Under the pieces are notes generated by a model that worked only from the letters and a program-made list of their open reading frames with translations, was not told the DNA's origin and did not search any database. This document shows, one piece after another, positions 49,521 through 61,000 of a DNA stretch of 64,000 nt (its first letter is position 1; each line of letters begins with the position of its first letter). This stretch comes from Bilabrum cf. latius (Eukaryota), in NCBI GenBank assembly GCA_965178125.1, contig OZ237735.1:2666001-2730000 (forward strand), written 5' to 3'. Made by a program: the position numbers and the translations under genes.

Positions 49521-51338
49521 ATGCAAGCCACGCCAAAACATGCAGAAACATTAGCATAGTTCTTCAAGCTGCTTCGAAGAGCCTGCAGTTCGGAAGTTGT
49601 TGATTGGACGCGTGCGGAGCTAGAGACACTTTTGGGATGGACTGAAAGCATGTCAAAGCTGTCATTTGCAAATGCAAGCTCATTGTCAGTCTTGAACAGG
49701 GCAGCAACCTCAGCTGGCAGCTATGGAGGGCCGGCTCCGCCATGCGAACCGCTGCAGCTCCAAGAAATGCGAACTAGAGCATTAGCTTGCTTGCTGCAGA
49801 ATCCCTTGCGACTGCCAAAAGATTTGCTACTGGCTATTGCAGATCCATCTACGACGCTGCAGGTTTGTGCTGCAGCTGTCCCGGAGCTTGTGCGATGCAA
49901 CCTCAAGCTGCTGAGATCCGTCCAGTCTTTGCAGAGGACTACCCGATCGGCTGGTGGTACATTGCACCTGTCGCAGCAATCCCTTGCTATTGGTGCATTT
50001 ATTAGAATGGTGGCGGAGACTAGTCGGAGCTACCGCGGGTCTAGAGTGTGCCGGCAGAAAGTACCGGCGTGCGCCGCCGCGATAGGCAAGTGCTTGAATG
50101 CCGCGTTTGCGTTAGAGAGGGGTACGCAACGAGATCGCAGGCCATATGCTACCGTACAGGTGGCAATTATGATCCTTCGCGCATCAGCCGAGCCGTGGAA
50201 CCCTGCAGTCGCCGGCACTAGCCTCGCGCAAGCATCGCTGCCCGCCGCCTAGCTGCTGTCATTGGATACTGCCGCCACCGGGGACCAGGAAGACGTGCCT
50301 GCCGATGCGGGGAGGGCAGTGGTAGCGACTGTGGCTGCGTCCACTGACTCGTTGAGTGCAGGCACCGTGGTAGCTGCGTGGTCGGCGCTCTCGAGTGGGT
50401 CCACTGTCTGCCCAGCAAGTGCGCCATCGCTCGCCCAGAGCTGGCTGGCAGTGGACCGGTCAAGGCGGTTCGTGCTCCGGGCCGCTGAGTAGGCAGCCCG
50501 CAGAGAACCAGGCCATGAAGCACAACCCGAGGCTGGTCAGGCCAAGTCGATGGATTCGGTTGCATGGGCAAAGCCATCGACGGGCGCATCGGATGGTCCC
50601 TTGGATCCACATGCAAGTGGCCGCGGTCCACCGGTGGACAAGGTTGAGGCAAGCTTGGATACATTGATGCACTGGCTCATAGAGCGAGGCAACGACGCTC
50701 CTTGGCCAGTGGGCAGGGGCAGAGACCGGGTGGCGAGTCGGTTGCTGGAGCTGGCAGCGGCACTGGGGGCAGGGGCAGGAGCAGGTGACGGGGCAAGGGT
50801 GCAAGGAGGTGGGGCAGGCGCCGGCTGCGAAAAGACGCCAGCGGGCACAGAACCGTTTGGAGCAAGCAAGGGCGGTGAGACGGGGAGAGAAGAAGAGGAA
50901 GAGGAAGAGGAAGAGGAAGAGAGCAGCGCGGCTGTTGACCCGGATGGGCCGGTTTCAGTGCAGCAGTCGTCAGGGGCGAGTGCCGGGGCTCCTCTTCCCC
51001 GCAGCGCCAGGCCGGTTTCAGTGCAGCAGTCGTCAGGGGCGAGTGCTGGGGCTCCTCTTCCCCGCAGCGCCAGGCCGGTTTCAGTGCAGCAGTCGTCAGG
51101 GGCGAGTGCCGGGGCTCCTCTTCCCCGCAGCGCCAGGCCGGTTTCAGTGCAGCAGTCGTCAGGGGCGAGTGCCGGGGCTCCTCGTCCCCGCAGCGCCTGG
51201 CCTGCCAAGGGTCGAATGAGAGCGGCTGGAACCGGCGGTAGCTTGGCCGCAGACGCTGCTCACATTCTTAGCAGCAGCAGTAGCAGCAGCGACAGCAGTG
51301 GTAGCAACAGCGGCAGTGACGATGGCGTGGAATCATGA
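49521..51338 (+). CDS. Hypothetical protein, ~605 aa, with FANCF-like N-terminus
   Basis: ETLA[TAG]FFKLLRRACSSEVVDWTRAELETLLGW..LQEMRTRALACLLQNP recalls the FANCF N-terminal pattern (F..LL......V..W....V...L.W..LL.N). One frame from ATG 49521 to TGA 51336-51338 with TAGs at 49557, 50250 and 50490. The CDS is well supported; the FANCF label is tentative. Confidence 0.5.
50947..51197. repeat. 63-bp tandem repeat x4, coding (PVSVQQSSGASAGAPLPRSAR)
   Basis: Units start at 50947, 51010, 51073 and 51136 and differ by only 1-2 substitutions. Confidence 0.95.
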
Positions 51339-51519
51339 CAATTGTATGCCTGGGTGGGTGTGTTGATCAAGCTGCCGAGCCAATTGCACAAATGCAATCC
51401 GTCCGTGTCTTACCCGTTCAATCCAAGTCAAGTCAAACCCAGCCAAAGCCTTCTGCCGCCCTGCGAAGAGCCAGTGGACCGGACAATCTCTTTGCATAGC
51501 CCCTCCGTCCCCGTCTCTA

Positions 51520-53270
51520 TCAGACCCCGGACCTGTACGCCCCTGCGTCGTCCTCCATGCGCACGGACCCCACCGAGGCAGGGTCCCCCTTGCGACCCGC
51601 CTCGGAGGCGCGCCCGCTGGCGGTGCCACCCCCCCTGCCCACGTCCCTTAGGCCCCCGCCCCGGTGCTGCCCGCGGCCGCCCCCCGCCACTCCCGCCCCC
51701 AAGTCTCCCCCCATCCCGTGCGGCATCTCCACCGCCGATCGGGCCCTCCGCAGAGCCGGAGCCCGTCCCAGAGGAGGACCCCCCCCGTCCGATGCACCCC
51801 CCCCACCAAGGGACCCGAGGGAACCAAGCCTGCCCTTGCCCTGCCTGTGCCCCGCACCCCCCACGGAGGCAGGGTCGGCGCCTCCCGCCTCCACACTCCT
51901 GTCCCTGTCCCTGTCCCTCCCCATCGCCGCCTCTCTCCTCCTCAGATCCGCCTCCTTCTCAGCCAGTCTTCTCTCGCGCCGGGCCACCGCCTCCTCCCTC
52001 TTGCCCACGGCCTCCTCCCGCGTGCGGACCTCCCGGCTGCGCCTAGAGTACCTGACGGCCCACCTGTGTTCCCTGACCAGGGCCCGGCACAGGGGGGCCT
52101 CCCTGCGGATGCCGGGCAGCTTCTCCAGGTCCTCCACGGCCGGTCTCTTGGTGGCATCCATCTGCAGCATCCACCGGATGGCGCGGTGCAGGTCGTCGCT
52201 GTAGCACGAGGGGATGCGGTCGAACTTGCCCGCGTTGATCTTGACGGCCAGGGCCAGGTGGTTCCCGGCGACGAAGGGGGGCTTGTGCGCGCACGCCTCG
52301 TAGATGACGCACCCCAGCGCCCATATGTCGGATTTCTCGTTGTACCGCTGCTCGTTGACCTGCTCGGGGGACATGTACAGAGGGGTGCCCACGTGGGTCC
52401 GGGCCCAGGCAGAGGCAGAGCCCAGCTCCGTGGCCAGCCCGAAGTCTCCGAGCTTCACGTTGCCCTCGGCGTCCAGGAGCACGTTGCCGGGCTTGAGGTC
52501 CCGGTGCAGGATGGGCTTGTGCTTCTGCTTACCGCCTGCACCTGCGCCCGCTCCCCCGGCTGCTGCTGCGGGTGCCGCCGACCCGCCGGCGCCTGGGCCG
52601 CTGCCGTCCGCGGACGCTGGGTCGTCCTGCCCCCTGCGGTGGCACTCCCTGAGGGCAGAGACCATCTGTGCGAACAGTCTCCAGATGCGGGCCTCGTCCA
52701 GGCGCGTGTTCTCCCGCTTGCACCTGCGGATCCAGCCGCCCAGGTCTCCGCCCTGGCAGCACTCCATCACGATGTAGAGCTTTGTGCTGGCCCGGTCGAT
52801 GATGCGATCGTAGTATCGAACAATGAAAGGATGCCTCATTTCGCGCAATAGATTAACCTCGCTGACGACAAGCTGCTTTTCCTTCTCGCTCATCGCCCCG
52901 TAGTCAAGCTCCTTCCACACCAGCACCTGCGCGTTTCAGCAAGTATGCAAGCAAGGGACTTGAGGATAATAAGATAGGTACATTCCTTAGAACCGCAACT
53001 TTACTTGTGGCACCACGCATGATCCCAGACTGACGGCAACCCAGCATGCTGGCGCGAGCTCACCCTGCCGTCCGCCTTGCGGCGAATCCTGGAAACTGTC
53101 CCAAAACTGCCCCGGCCGATAGTTTCTAAAACTTCATATCCTTCTAGCCCCAGAGAACCACCAGCACCCGGCGTAACACCCTCGGTTGCTGCTGACGAAC
53201 GACTCGATGATCTGGCTCGCTTGGCCTGGGAGGGTCGCCCCGACTTTTCTCCTGATGCAATAGACGCCAT
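51520..53270 (-). CDS. NIMA-related Ser/Thr kinase (NEK2/NIMA-like), ~537 aa; exons 53270-53064 and 52926-51520
   Basis: YEVLETIGRGSFGTV..DGR|VLVWKELDYGAMSEKEKQLVVSEVNLLREMRHP, HRDLKPGN, DFGLA, VGTPLYMSPE and SDIWALG, followed by a coiled coil. Intron 53063-52927 is GTGAGC..CGCAG. No TAG codons; the gene ends on TGA. Confidence 0.92.
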
Positions 53271-53470
53271 TTCAAGAGGAAATACGCAGATACAATATAA
53301 TTAGCAAGTGGGGAGCCTTAATCAGAAGAAACAAAGCACCTATGCTGCGGTACCTCTGCATTCCGCCAACGGCCCTTAGCCCATAAATACACTGCACAAA
53401 CAAGAAACCAGACTGCGGAAGGCGACCGCGGCCCGCGGGGACGCCCACTTTCTGAATCAACAAGCAAGTA

Positions 53471-54586
53471 ATGAGGACCGTGGCCGCTACCGTTATCCTT
53501 GGGTGCGTTGCACATGCTGTGGCGGGCTACCGCCACCGCCCCAGCGAGGTGAGAAGGTGGTCAGAAAGCTTGCCAGCGTTCGCAAGATGCGTCGTGGCTG
53601 AACGCATTTCATGCATATATGCAGTCCCCTTCGTTCGGATCGCAAATGCCTATCAACTCTTTACGTCTTTTTAACCGCAGATCAAGCACATGCCTGGCCA
53701 TACCAAGCTTGAGGACTACCATTCCCCGCTGCCGAAGGATTTTATCCCGGATGCGGCGCTGCCCGTCTCTCTGGATTACAGGAACATCAGCGGCGTGCAG
53801 TACACGACGGAGCTGCTGAATCAGCACATCCCAACCTACTGCGGCTCTTGCTGGGCGCACGGCGCCATGTCAAGCCTCGCGGACCGCTGGAAGATCATGA
53901 AGGGCTCCACGACCACCGTTCCTGTCCCCGCCATCCAGGTGATCCTCAACTGCGGCCAGGAGATGGCTGGCAGCTGCGAGGGCGGCTCTGCCACTGGTGC
54001 GTACCAGTGGGTTAAGGAGAACGGCGTGCCCGACATCACGTGCCAGCAGTACAAGGCCACCGACGGCCAGTGCACCCCCGAGAACGTCTGCCGCAACTGC
54101 AACCCCAACACCGGCTGCTTCCCCGTGCCCAAGTCCAACTACACCTCCTGGGGCGTGTCCGAGTACGGGCGCGTGTCCGGCGTGAACGACATGAAGAAGG
54201 AGCTGCTCGCCCGCGGGCCCATCTCGTGCGGCGTGGACGCCATCCCGATCGAGGACTACCACGGGGGCATCATCACAGCGGAGGCAGACTCCATCGACCA
54301 CATCGTCGCAGTGGTGGGCTGGGGCGTTACCGAGGACGGCACCGAATACTGGCACATGCGGAACTCCTGGTGAGGCCCTCCTTTTTTACTTTTTTTTTTT
54401 GCTTGGCCGGACGCTTCTGCATCTTGATTGTTCAGCATGATACCCCTTCCCCATCTGTATCCTTTTCTTTTTTTTGGTCGCAGGGGCACGTACTGGGGCG
54501 AGGAGGGCTGGGCCCGCGTCAAGACGGGGTCCAACGTGATCGGCATCGAGTCCGACTGCTCGTGGGCGGTCCCCACCCGCAGCTGA
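53471..54586 (+). CDS. CTSZ: Cathepsin Z/X-like papain-family cysteine carboxypeptidase, ~289 aa; exons 53471-53548, 53681-54369, 54484-54586
   Basis: Signal peptide; NQHIPTYCGSCWAH with the cathepsin X HIP insertion; DHIVAVVGWG; RNSW|GTYWGEEGW. Introns 53549-53680 and 54370-54483 are GT-AG. The gene ends on TGA. Confidence 0.93.
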
Positions 54587-54994
54587 ACTGAATGCGGATC
54601 GGATCTGATCTGATCTGATCTGGCGACCACAGTTGCTGCTTTTGAATGGGTGCGTGCCGCTGCTTTGTGAGACCGGCTATTCGAGGGCGCCTTTTCGTGC
54701 GCCGCTCTGTCGCTGGCCCCACTCGCGCCGCTCTCCCTCGTGGTGAGCAGGCTGGAGCCGAGGCTCCGGCCGCTCCCGGAGGAAGCGCGCCGCGAGCAGT
54801 GTGCTCCAATCTGCGCTGATTCATACAATTGCTTGTATTTCTAGAATTCTGGTTCAGATCGCGTCGACCCCACCCGCCGGCAAAACTAGATCTATTCGGT
54901 AACCGAATTTCGGTTCCGTTTTTATTGGCGCGGCGCCACACCACGTGACGCGCACAGACGCAACAGTACACACCTCTAAAACAACCGCCAGAGC

Positions 54995-57004
54995 ATGTCA
55001 TTTTTCCTTGGACCGCACCCCCATGTGAAGCCGAAGGAAGGCGCAGATGTAATCAAGGAGGTACGCGCGTACATTATCTCCTCGAAAGAGGCGGAGGAGA
55101 AAGGCGGAGGCGGCGCCGATTGCCACTCCTAGTCGCACGGCCACTGGATCGTGGATACGCCGATCTCAAACCCCAGGTAAGCCTTGTATACGTGCATGCG
55201 TTTCTCACTGGGCATGCTCATCGGCAGCCCTACCTTTCGCTGGATCCTTGCCACTGCACAGCGATCTTTGTGACTCGAAGATTCGCTGCCTAGTATCTAA
55301 TTAATCGCTTGGTGTCAGAGCACGTATCTGTCCCATTTTTCGCTTTCAATACATCGCAGTTCTTACTATGAGGAGCGGAAGGTGAGCAGAAAGTCGTGGG
55401 GCATCGACGCCCTGGGCACAGTGGTTGTGGAGGTCGAGACTGTCTCTGGAAAGACAGGCGTGGGCATTTCGATCGGTGGCGAGCCAGCCTGCTTTATCGT
55501 TGAGAATCATCTGGCTCGGTTTGTTGAGGGCCAGGACCCGCACAACGTGGAGCTGATGTGGGAGCAGATGTGGCGCGGCAGCGTCAACTACGGCCGCAAG
55601 GGCCTCGTGATCCAGGCTCTCTCGGCCGTGGACCTCGCCATCTGGGACGTGCTAGGCAAGATCGCAGGCAAGCCGGTGTACCAGCTGCTGGGCGGCAAGA
55701 CCAAGGACCGCCTCCCCGTGTACGCCACGACGGCCCGCCCGGACCTTGCCAAGAAGCTGGGGTTCGTGGGGGGCAAGTTCCCGCTGCCCTACGGCCCCGC
55801 GGAGGGGGACAAGGGCATGCGCGCGAACATTGAGAGGGTTAAGGCCGTCCGCGAGTCCGTGGGCCCCGACTTTCCCATCATGATCGACTGCTACATGTCC
55901 CTCACGGCCACGTACACGATCGAGCTAGCCCGCCGCATCGACCGCGAGGTGCCCAACGGGGTCAAGTGGATCGAGGAGTTTCTCATGCCCGACGACTACG
56001 AGGGTGAGAAGAAGAATATATCACAATGTTCTCGCTACGATTGAATCGCACTCCATGCCGAGCCGTGCGTTCCTGCTCCAGCTCCTCTTGGAATACCCTT
56101 CACCGTTCCGTGCTCGCAGGCTACGCCGAGGTGAAGCGCCGCGTGTCCACCACCCTGCTGACCACTGGAGAGCACGAGTACACGAGGTACGGCTTCCGCC
56201 AGCTCCTCGAGAAGAAGTGCTGCGACCTGCTGCAGCCGGACATCACATGGTGCGGAGGACTCACGGAGGCAAGAAGGATCGTGGCCCTGGCTGCGGCCTA
56301 TGACATCCCGGTGATCCCGCACGGGTCAAGCGTGTTCAGCTACCACTTGCAGTACGCCTTCAGCAACTGCCCCATGGCCGAGTACCTGATCCTGTCCCCC
56401 AAGGGAGACACCATCGTGCCTCTCTTCGGGGAGCTCTTCACGGACGAGCCTCTGCCGAAGGACGGGTTCATTGATCTGCCCGACCGTCCCGGTGAGATGG
56501 ATGGATGGGACGAATATGAAACGGCCATGCTTGCAACACTTCTGCGATTAGATTCGTGGTCCGATCCCTCCCAGGATTCGGTGGTCGCTGTTCCCTGCTG
56601 CCATGCGCCTGGGATCGACCCACCTGTGCATTCGACTCAACGATCGTTTGAACACTTGCCCGCTGCTTCCCCACCGCTCCCACGGATCCATTTCTCACCC
56701 TCACTTCCCTCCCTGCCTCCCTGCCTCAGGTTTCGGAGTCACGCTCAACCCCGCGATCGGGCTCAAGCGGCCCTACCCTCGCACCTCGCCCACCCCTGCA
56801 GAGGTGGCTGCATCCAAGGCTGCCGCATCGTGCCCGCAGGACGACTGGCTGGGCCGCGCCGCCCGCATCGGCACCGAGGACGTCCCGCTGTCCCCCGAGG
56901 GGTCCGCCGGAGCTTCCGGGGACAGGGCCGAAATCGTGGCGCCCAAGCCAGCCCCTGCCACGGGAGCTGCAACAGGGGGTGCCGCGGCCGGCGCCGGGAA
57001 GTGA
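54995..57004 (+). CDS. L-rhamnonate/L-galactonate dehydratase family (mandelate racemase/enolase superfamily), ~490 aa; exons 54995-55176, 55360-56003, 56120-56491, 56730-57004
   Basis: GGGADCHS[TAG]SHGHWI (RhmD has GADYHDQG..HWI), SRKSWGIDALG, YGRKGL, KFPLPYGP, MIDCYMSL, KWIEE, TGEHEYTRYGF, QPDITWCGG, IPHGSS and PGFGVTLN..LKRPY. Three GT-AG introns; the gene ends on TGA. Confidence 0.9.
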
Positions 57005-57120
57005 TATTGCATCTATGGGTCTACTTTTGGATTCGTGATGATTTGGAGTGGGCTGCCAATCGGTCGGGGGGGATCATCGGAACCTGCCAGTGGACATTTT
57101 GAGTTGGATGTAACTCGGAT

Positions 57121-57810
57121 TCATGTCACCCTACGTGCAGGCACAGGGTCTACTTTCAAGCCACCGGTCAAACCAGCCTTTTCCAGCCGCTCTTGCCTAA
57201 CCTTTCGATCCGCAGCAAGCAATTCCATGGCCTCTTTAGCGCTGTCAACGTATGTGATGGATGCCATGATGGCCTCCGAGATGCCCAGTGAATCTGCCAC
57301 ACCCTACAACGTCTTTTCCCAAGGATCACGGAAGCAGAATATCTTAGGGGCAGTATACTTCCCCATCGAAGCAAGCCCTGCTACGTTCCAAGCCACGCAA
57401 AGCTCGGTGAGGGTACCCATAGTCCCAGGAAGAATCAAGAAAGCATCTGCCTGCTCCACCATGTGGTTGATCCTGTCCAGGATGGACTGCTTCACGACAA
57501 AGCTGGTCAAATATTCATTGCCTCCGAATGGCCGGTGCCGAAACACGCTCGGCACGACCACCCCGATGCACTACCCACCCGCTTCCTTGGCTCCACGAGC
57601 GCTGGCCTCCATAGTGCCCTGATAACCGCCATTGATAACAGTCAGTCCCGCCTTTGCAATTTCAGATCCTGCATCATGCGCTAATTTGTACAAATCGTCG
57701 CCCGGCTTTGCCCAAGATGCTCCAAACAGAGCGACACAGGCGCGAGGGCTTGCCCGCTCGTCGAACGCTAGGTCGGAAGTCGAATCCAATGGCCCGGACG
57801 CAGCTGCCAT
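57121..57810 (-). CDS. LOG / lysine-decarboxylase-like nucleotide phosphoribohydrolase, 229 aa, intronless
   Basis: VALFGAS..LYKLA..G..IA..G..VINGGY.GTMEA.ARGAKEAGG[TAG]CIGV..R..MVEQADAFLILPGTMGTLTEL. TAGs at 57571-57573 and 57304-57306; the gene ends on TGA at 57121-57123. Confidence 0.85.
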
Positions 57811-57873
57811 GGCAATACACTATGATTGGTCGTTGCTAGTCGCGCACCGCCGGCAGACGAAGTCAGGCTGTAA

Positions 57874-57959
57874 AGATTTGAACTGGGGTGACCGATATGC
57901 TTCATCTTCGCGCCGTGAGGCGTGCAGATGAAGCATATCGGTCACCCCAGTTCAAATCT
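57874..57959. repeat. Perfect 34-bp inverted repeat forming a long hairpin
   Basis: agatttgaactggggtgaccgatatgcttcatct (57874-57907) is the exact reverse complement of 57926-57959. The 18-nt spacer pairs further around a GTGA loop. Confidence 0.95.
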
Positions 57960-58014
57960 CAGCGTTGATTCGCAGGCACGTGGAACAATGATACAGTAGT
58001 TGCTTCAAGTCAGC

Positions 58015-61000
58015 TCATTCCTCGTCGGAGTCTTCTTCCACTTCGATGCCCGTCTAGTGAGACGCACGACTTGCCCTGCCAGTTGCAGCGCCCTTGCTCG
58101 TGCTCTTGCCACTGCTGCTGGCCTGATGCTGATCCACACTGCCAGAGGTGTCCCGGATGTCTGCTGCTAGCTGGTCAAGGGCTCCAGCCACGCTAGAGGA
58201 TGACACCGCAGGCCCCGTTGGCCGCACTGGCGCTCGTGCGTGCGCAGGTGCACGCCGATGGTGCCCGAGTTCGTCGTTCCACTCGCCGGCTGGATGAACC
58301 CTCGCGCGCTGGTTGTGATTGTAGTGCTACGACTCGTAGCGACTCGGAGCGGTACCAGCGAAAACTCTTGTGCCAGAATTTGCCGCAGCAGCACCCGCAC
58401 CTCGTTGAAAACCGCCGCCCCCAAGCGGGTGCAGCGCACTGCGGGCGGTGGCAGACAGTCCCCTGGCGGCCCGGGCCCGCACCCGCTGCAGGATCCGTCG
58501 CTTGGAGGCCACCCGCTCGGCCTCCACCTGCGGGTCGCACACGGGTGCCCCCCCGTGCCAGCGAGGCAGCGCCGCGGGCCGGGTCCCTGGTCGGGAGGGG
58601 TCGGCCCCTGCTCCTGCTGCTCCTGCTGCCCCTGCCCCTGCCCCTGCCCCGCCCACCGTGTGGGAGTGCCTGCACACCCGCAGGCCCGGGATCAGCCCCG
58701 CGAGAATTCCGCGCACACTGCCGATGGTCAGCGGGTTTCGAATCTGCACGAAGGACTTTCGGCCCTCGTCTCTCGCCAGCGATTCACGCCGTCGAGCCCC
58801 CCGCTTGCGTCCCTTCCCCGCGCCCTCGCTCTACTTCTATCTCTTGCTATCTCTCCTTTCTTTGGCCTCCCCCAGGCCCTGCTCGAAGAGAAAGTTGCCG
58901 GTGATCGACTCCACCACCCCGGGTCCGCGGTGCGGGGACACGTGCGCAGTCGCCGCCCACACGTCCCCGTGGAAGGCTCGAAGCGCGGCCAGCAGCATCT
59001 CTGCCTCCAGCGGCGCCACTCCCCACTGGCCCGCCTTGCCCTTCAGCGCGCATGCACCCAGGACGAGGCTCCCCGCGTCTCGGCCGGGTATGTCTCGCTG
59101 CGGGAGCAGAATGGTCCACGGTGGGAGGCGCGAGGCCACCTGCAGAGCCGCTCTCGACCTGGATAGCGGCTCCGTGGGGCCGCTGAATGGCCCGCCCTGC
59201 GCGTCTGTTTGCTGTGAATGCGCCCGCTGCACCATCCTCGAGACCGCCTCGCTGGCCCTCTGCTCTGCCTGCGCCATGGTGGTGTTGGCATGAGAGCCAG
59301 AGCCTGATGCCGACGATGCATGCGCTGGCGTGGGGAATCCCGACAGAGTGTGCCTGTGTCTGGATACGCGCCTCTGGGAAGCTTGGAGCCTGCGAGTGGA
59401 GGAGTCGGAGCGGGATGATACGATTGGGCGAGGAGATACACAAGCCGGTGCCATGCGACCGAGTGTGTCCAAGCGGTGTACCGTTCGAGATTGCGTTGCA
59501 GAGTCAACGGCATGCATCGCCAGTAGCCACGGTCTGGCAGAGTCAACGGCATGCATCGCCAGTAGCCACGGTCTGGCAGAGTCAACGGCATGCATCGCCA
59601 GTAGCCACGGTCTGGCAGAGTCAACGGCATGCATCGCCAGTAGCCACGGTCTGGCGACTCACCTCTGGTAGATCTCCCCGGGAGTAAAGGAAGGGAGCAA
59701 AAAGGCGTGTGACTGCTGCTGCGCCCGGCCAGAGGCACCGAATCGATTCACCGCCAAGGCTGCAAGCACCAGCTCGGAGCCCCACATGAGTAACGCCTAG
59801 GACTGGTCCCTCTTCGCCCTTGCCCTCGCACCTTCCCGCACCTTTCTGTCCGTCTCGGGCACGATCAGAACGCACGGGTTGGACTTGGGTCTGTAATCGG
59901 CCTCGGGGACGCCCCGGCTGGTCGCATCCACGTGGTCTTGGATGGCAGCGGCAGCGACAGGAGGCAGCTGCGAGGTGGAGGTGCAGGAGAGCAGAGTTGC
60001 AACACAAGAATGACCAGTCATCGAGCAGAGACGGGCGCTTGAGTTCAATGAGAAGAAGATGCAGGTATGCGTGGCCTCTGGTGGCCCAACTCACCAGGCC
60101 GAACTCCTTCACGATCGGAGCGAGAGTGAGGCACGAACTCAGGTTCTTTCGCGTGGCGTGGACGTGCACCGGTCGGTATGAAGTCCCGTCCAGCGTGTGT
60201 TTGATTCCCAGCGGGGTCCTCGATAGGTAGCTCACGCTCGCCTGCTGCAGATCGTGGTCGACACCCGGCAGTGACACCCTAGCACCGGGCTGGTTGTTCC
60301 CGCTGGCCTCGCCAGCCGTCCCACTTTCCCCAGGGGAGCGCCCTGCAGATGTGGTCGATGATTCCGCGGCCGGCTGGTCGAGTAGGCCGGCGGCAAGGCA
60401 CGTCCTGTAGGATCGCCTGCGAAGCCGCACTGCAACGTGGTCTCGCACATCTTGCAGGCCCCACAGGCCCGTGGTGGCAAATAAAGACGGCCGCTGTGCC
60501 GCTGGCAGTCTCTGCGCGTTCTCGGATGGGTGGGTCAGAGCCCATGGCCCGTGCGTGTGCAGCGAATCGGCCAGTCGCTCGAGTGCCTATCTCGTCAGCC
60601 TGCCTGCGCGGGAAAAGAAGCTGCGAGGAGCAGCCGCGGCTCCCTTGTCGTCCAGTGCCTGGCCTGCCGCCAGATCGTCCTGCACGGCGGCCGCGATGCC
60701 GTCAAGCCGCCTGGGCACGTCGTCTTCCTGGTCCGAGTCATCGATGGCGCCTCTCTTCCGCTTGCGACTGCCGAGAATGGGGCGAGGCGGGCGCGGTTTG
60801 TCGCCTTTATTGGATGGCTTCTTCGACACTGATGCCCGTTGCACTGCACTCGTCTCAGGGCCAGGACGGTCTTGTACGTCGTCATCGGTACTATCACTGT
60901 CACTGTCACTGTCGCTGTCACCGTCGCTCTCACTCGTCGAGCTCGTGGAGGCCCCGCTGCCTTGCTGGCCGGCTCGATCGCTGCTGGCCTGCATGGCCAC

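Noticed and set aside
54595-54950. (GATCT)n microsatellite at ~54597-54621, palindrome aaccgaa-t-ttcggtt at 54901-54915 and CACGTG box near 54942
   Set aside because: They are short enough to arise by chance and have no supporting recurrence, so no function can be assigned.
59498-59655. CRISPR-like array
   Set aside because: The units are contiguous and identical with no unique spacers, there are no cas genes, and the context is a eukaryotic intron.
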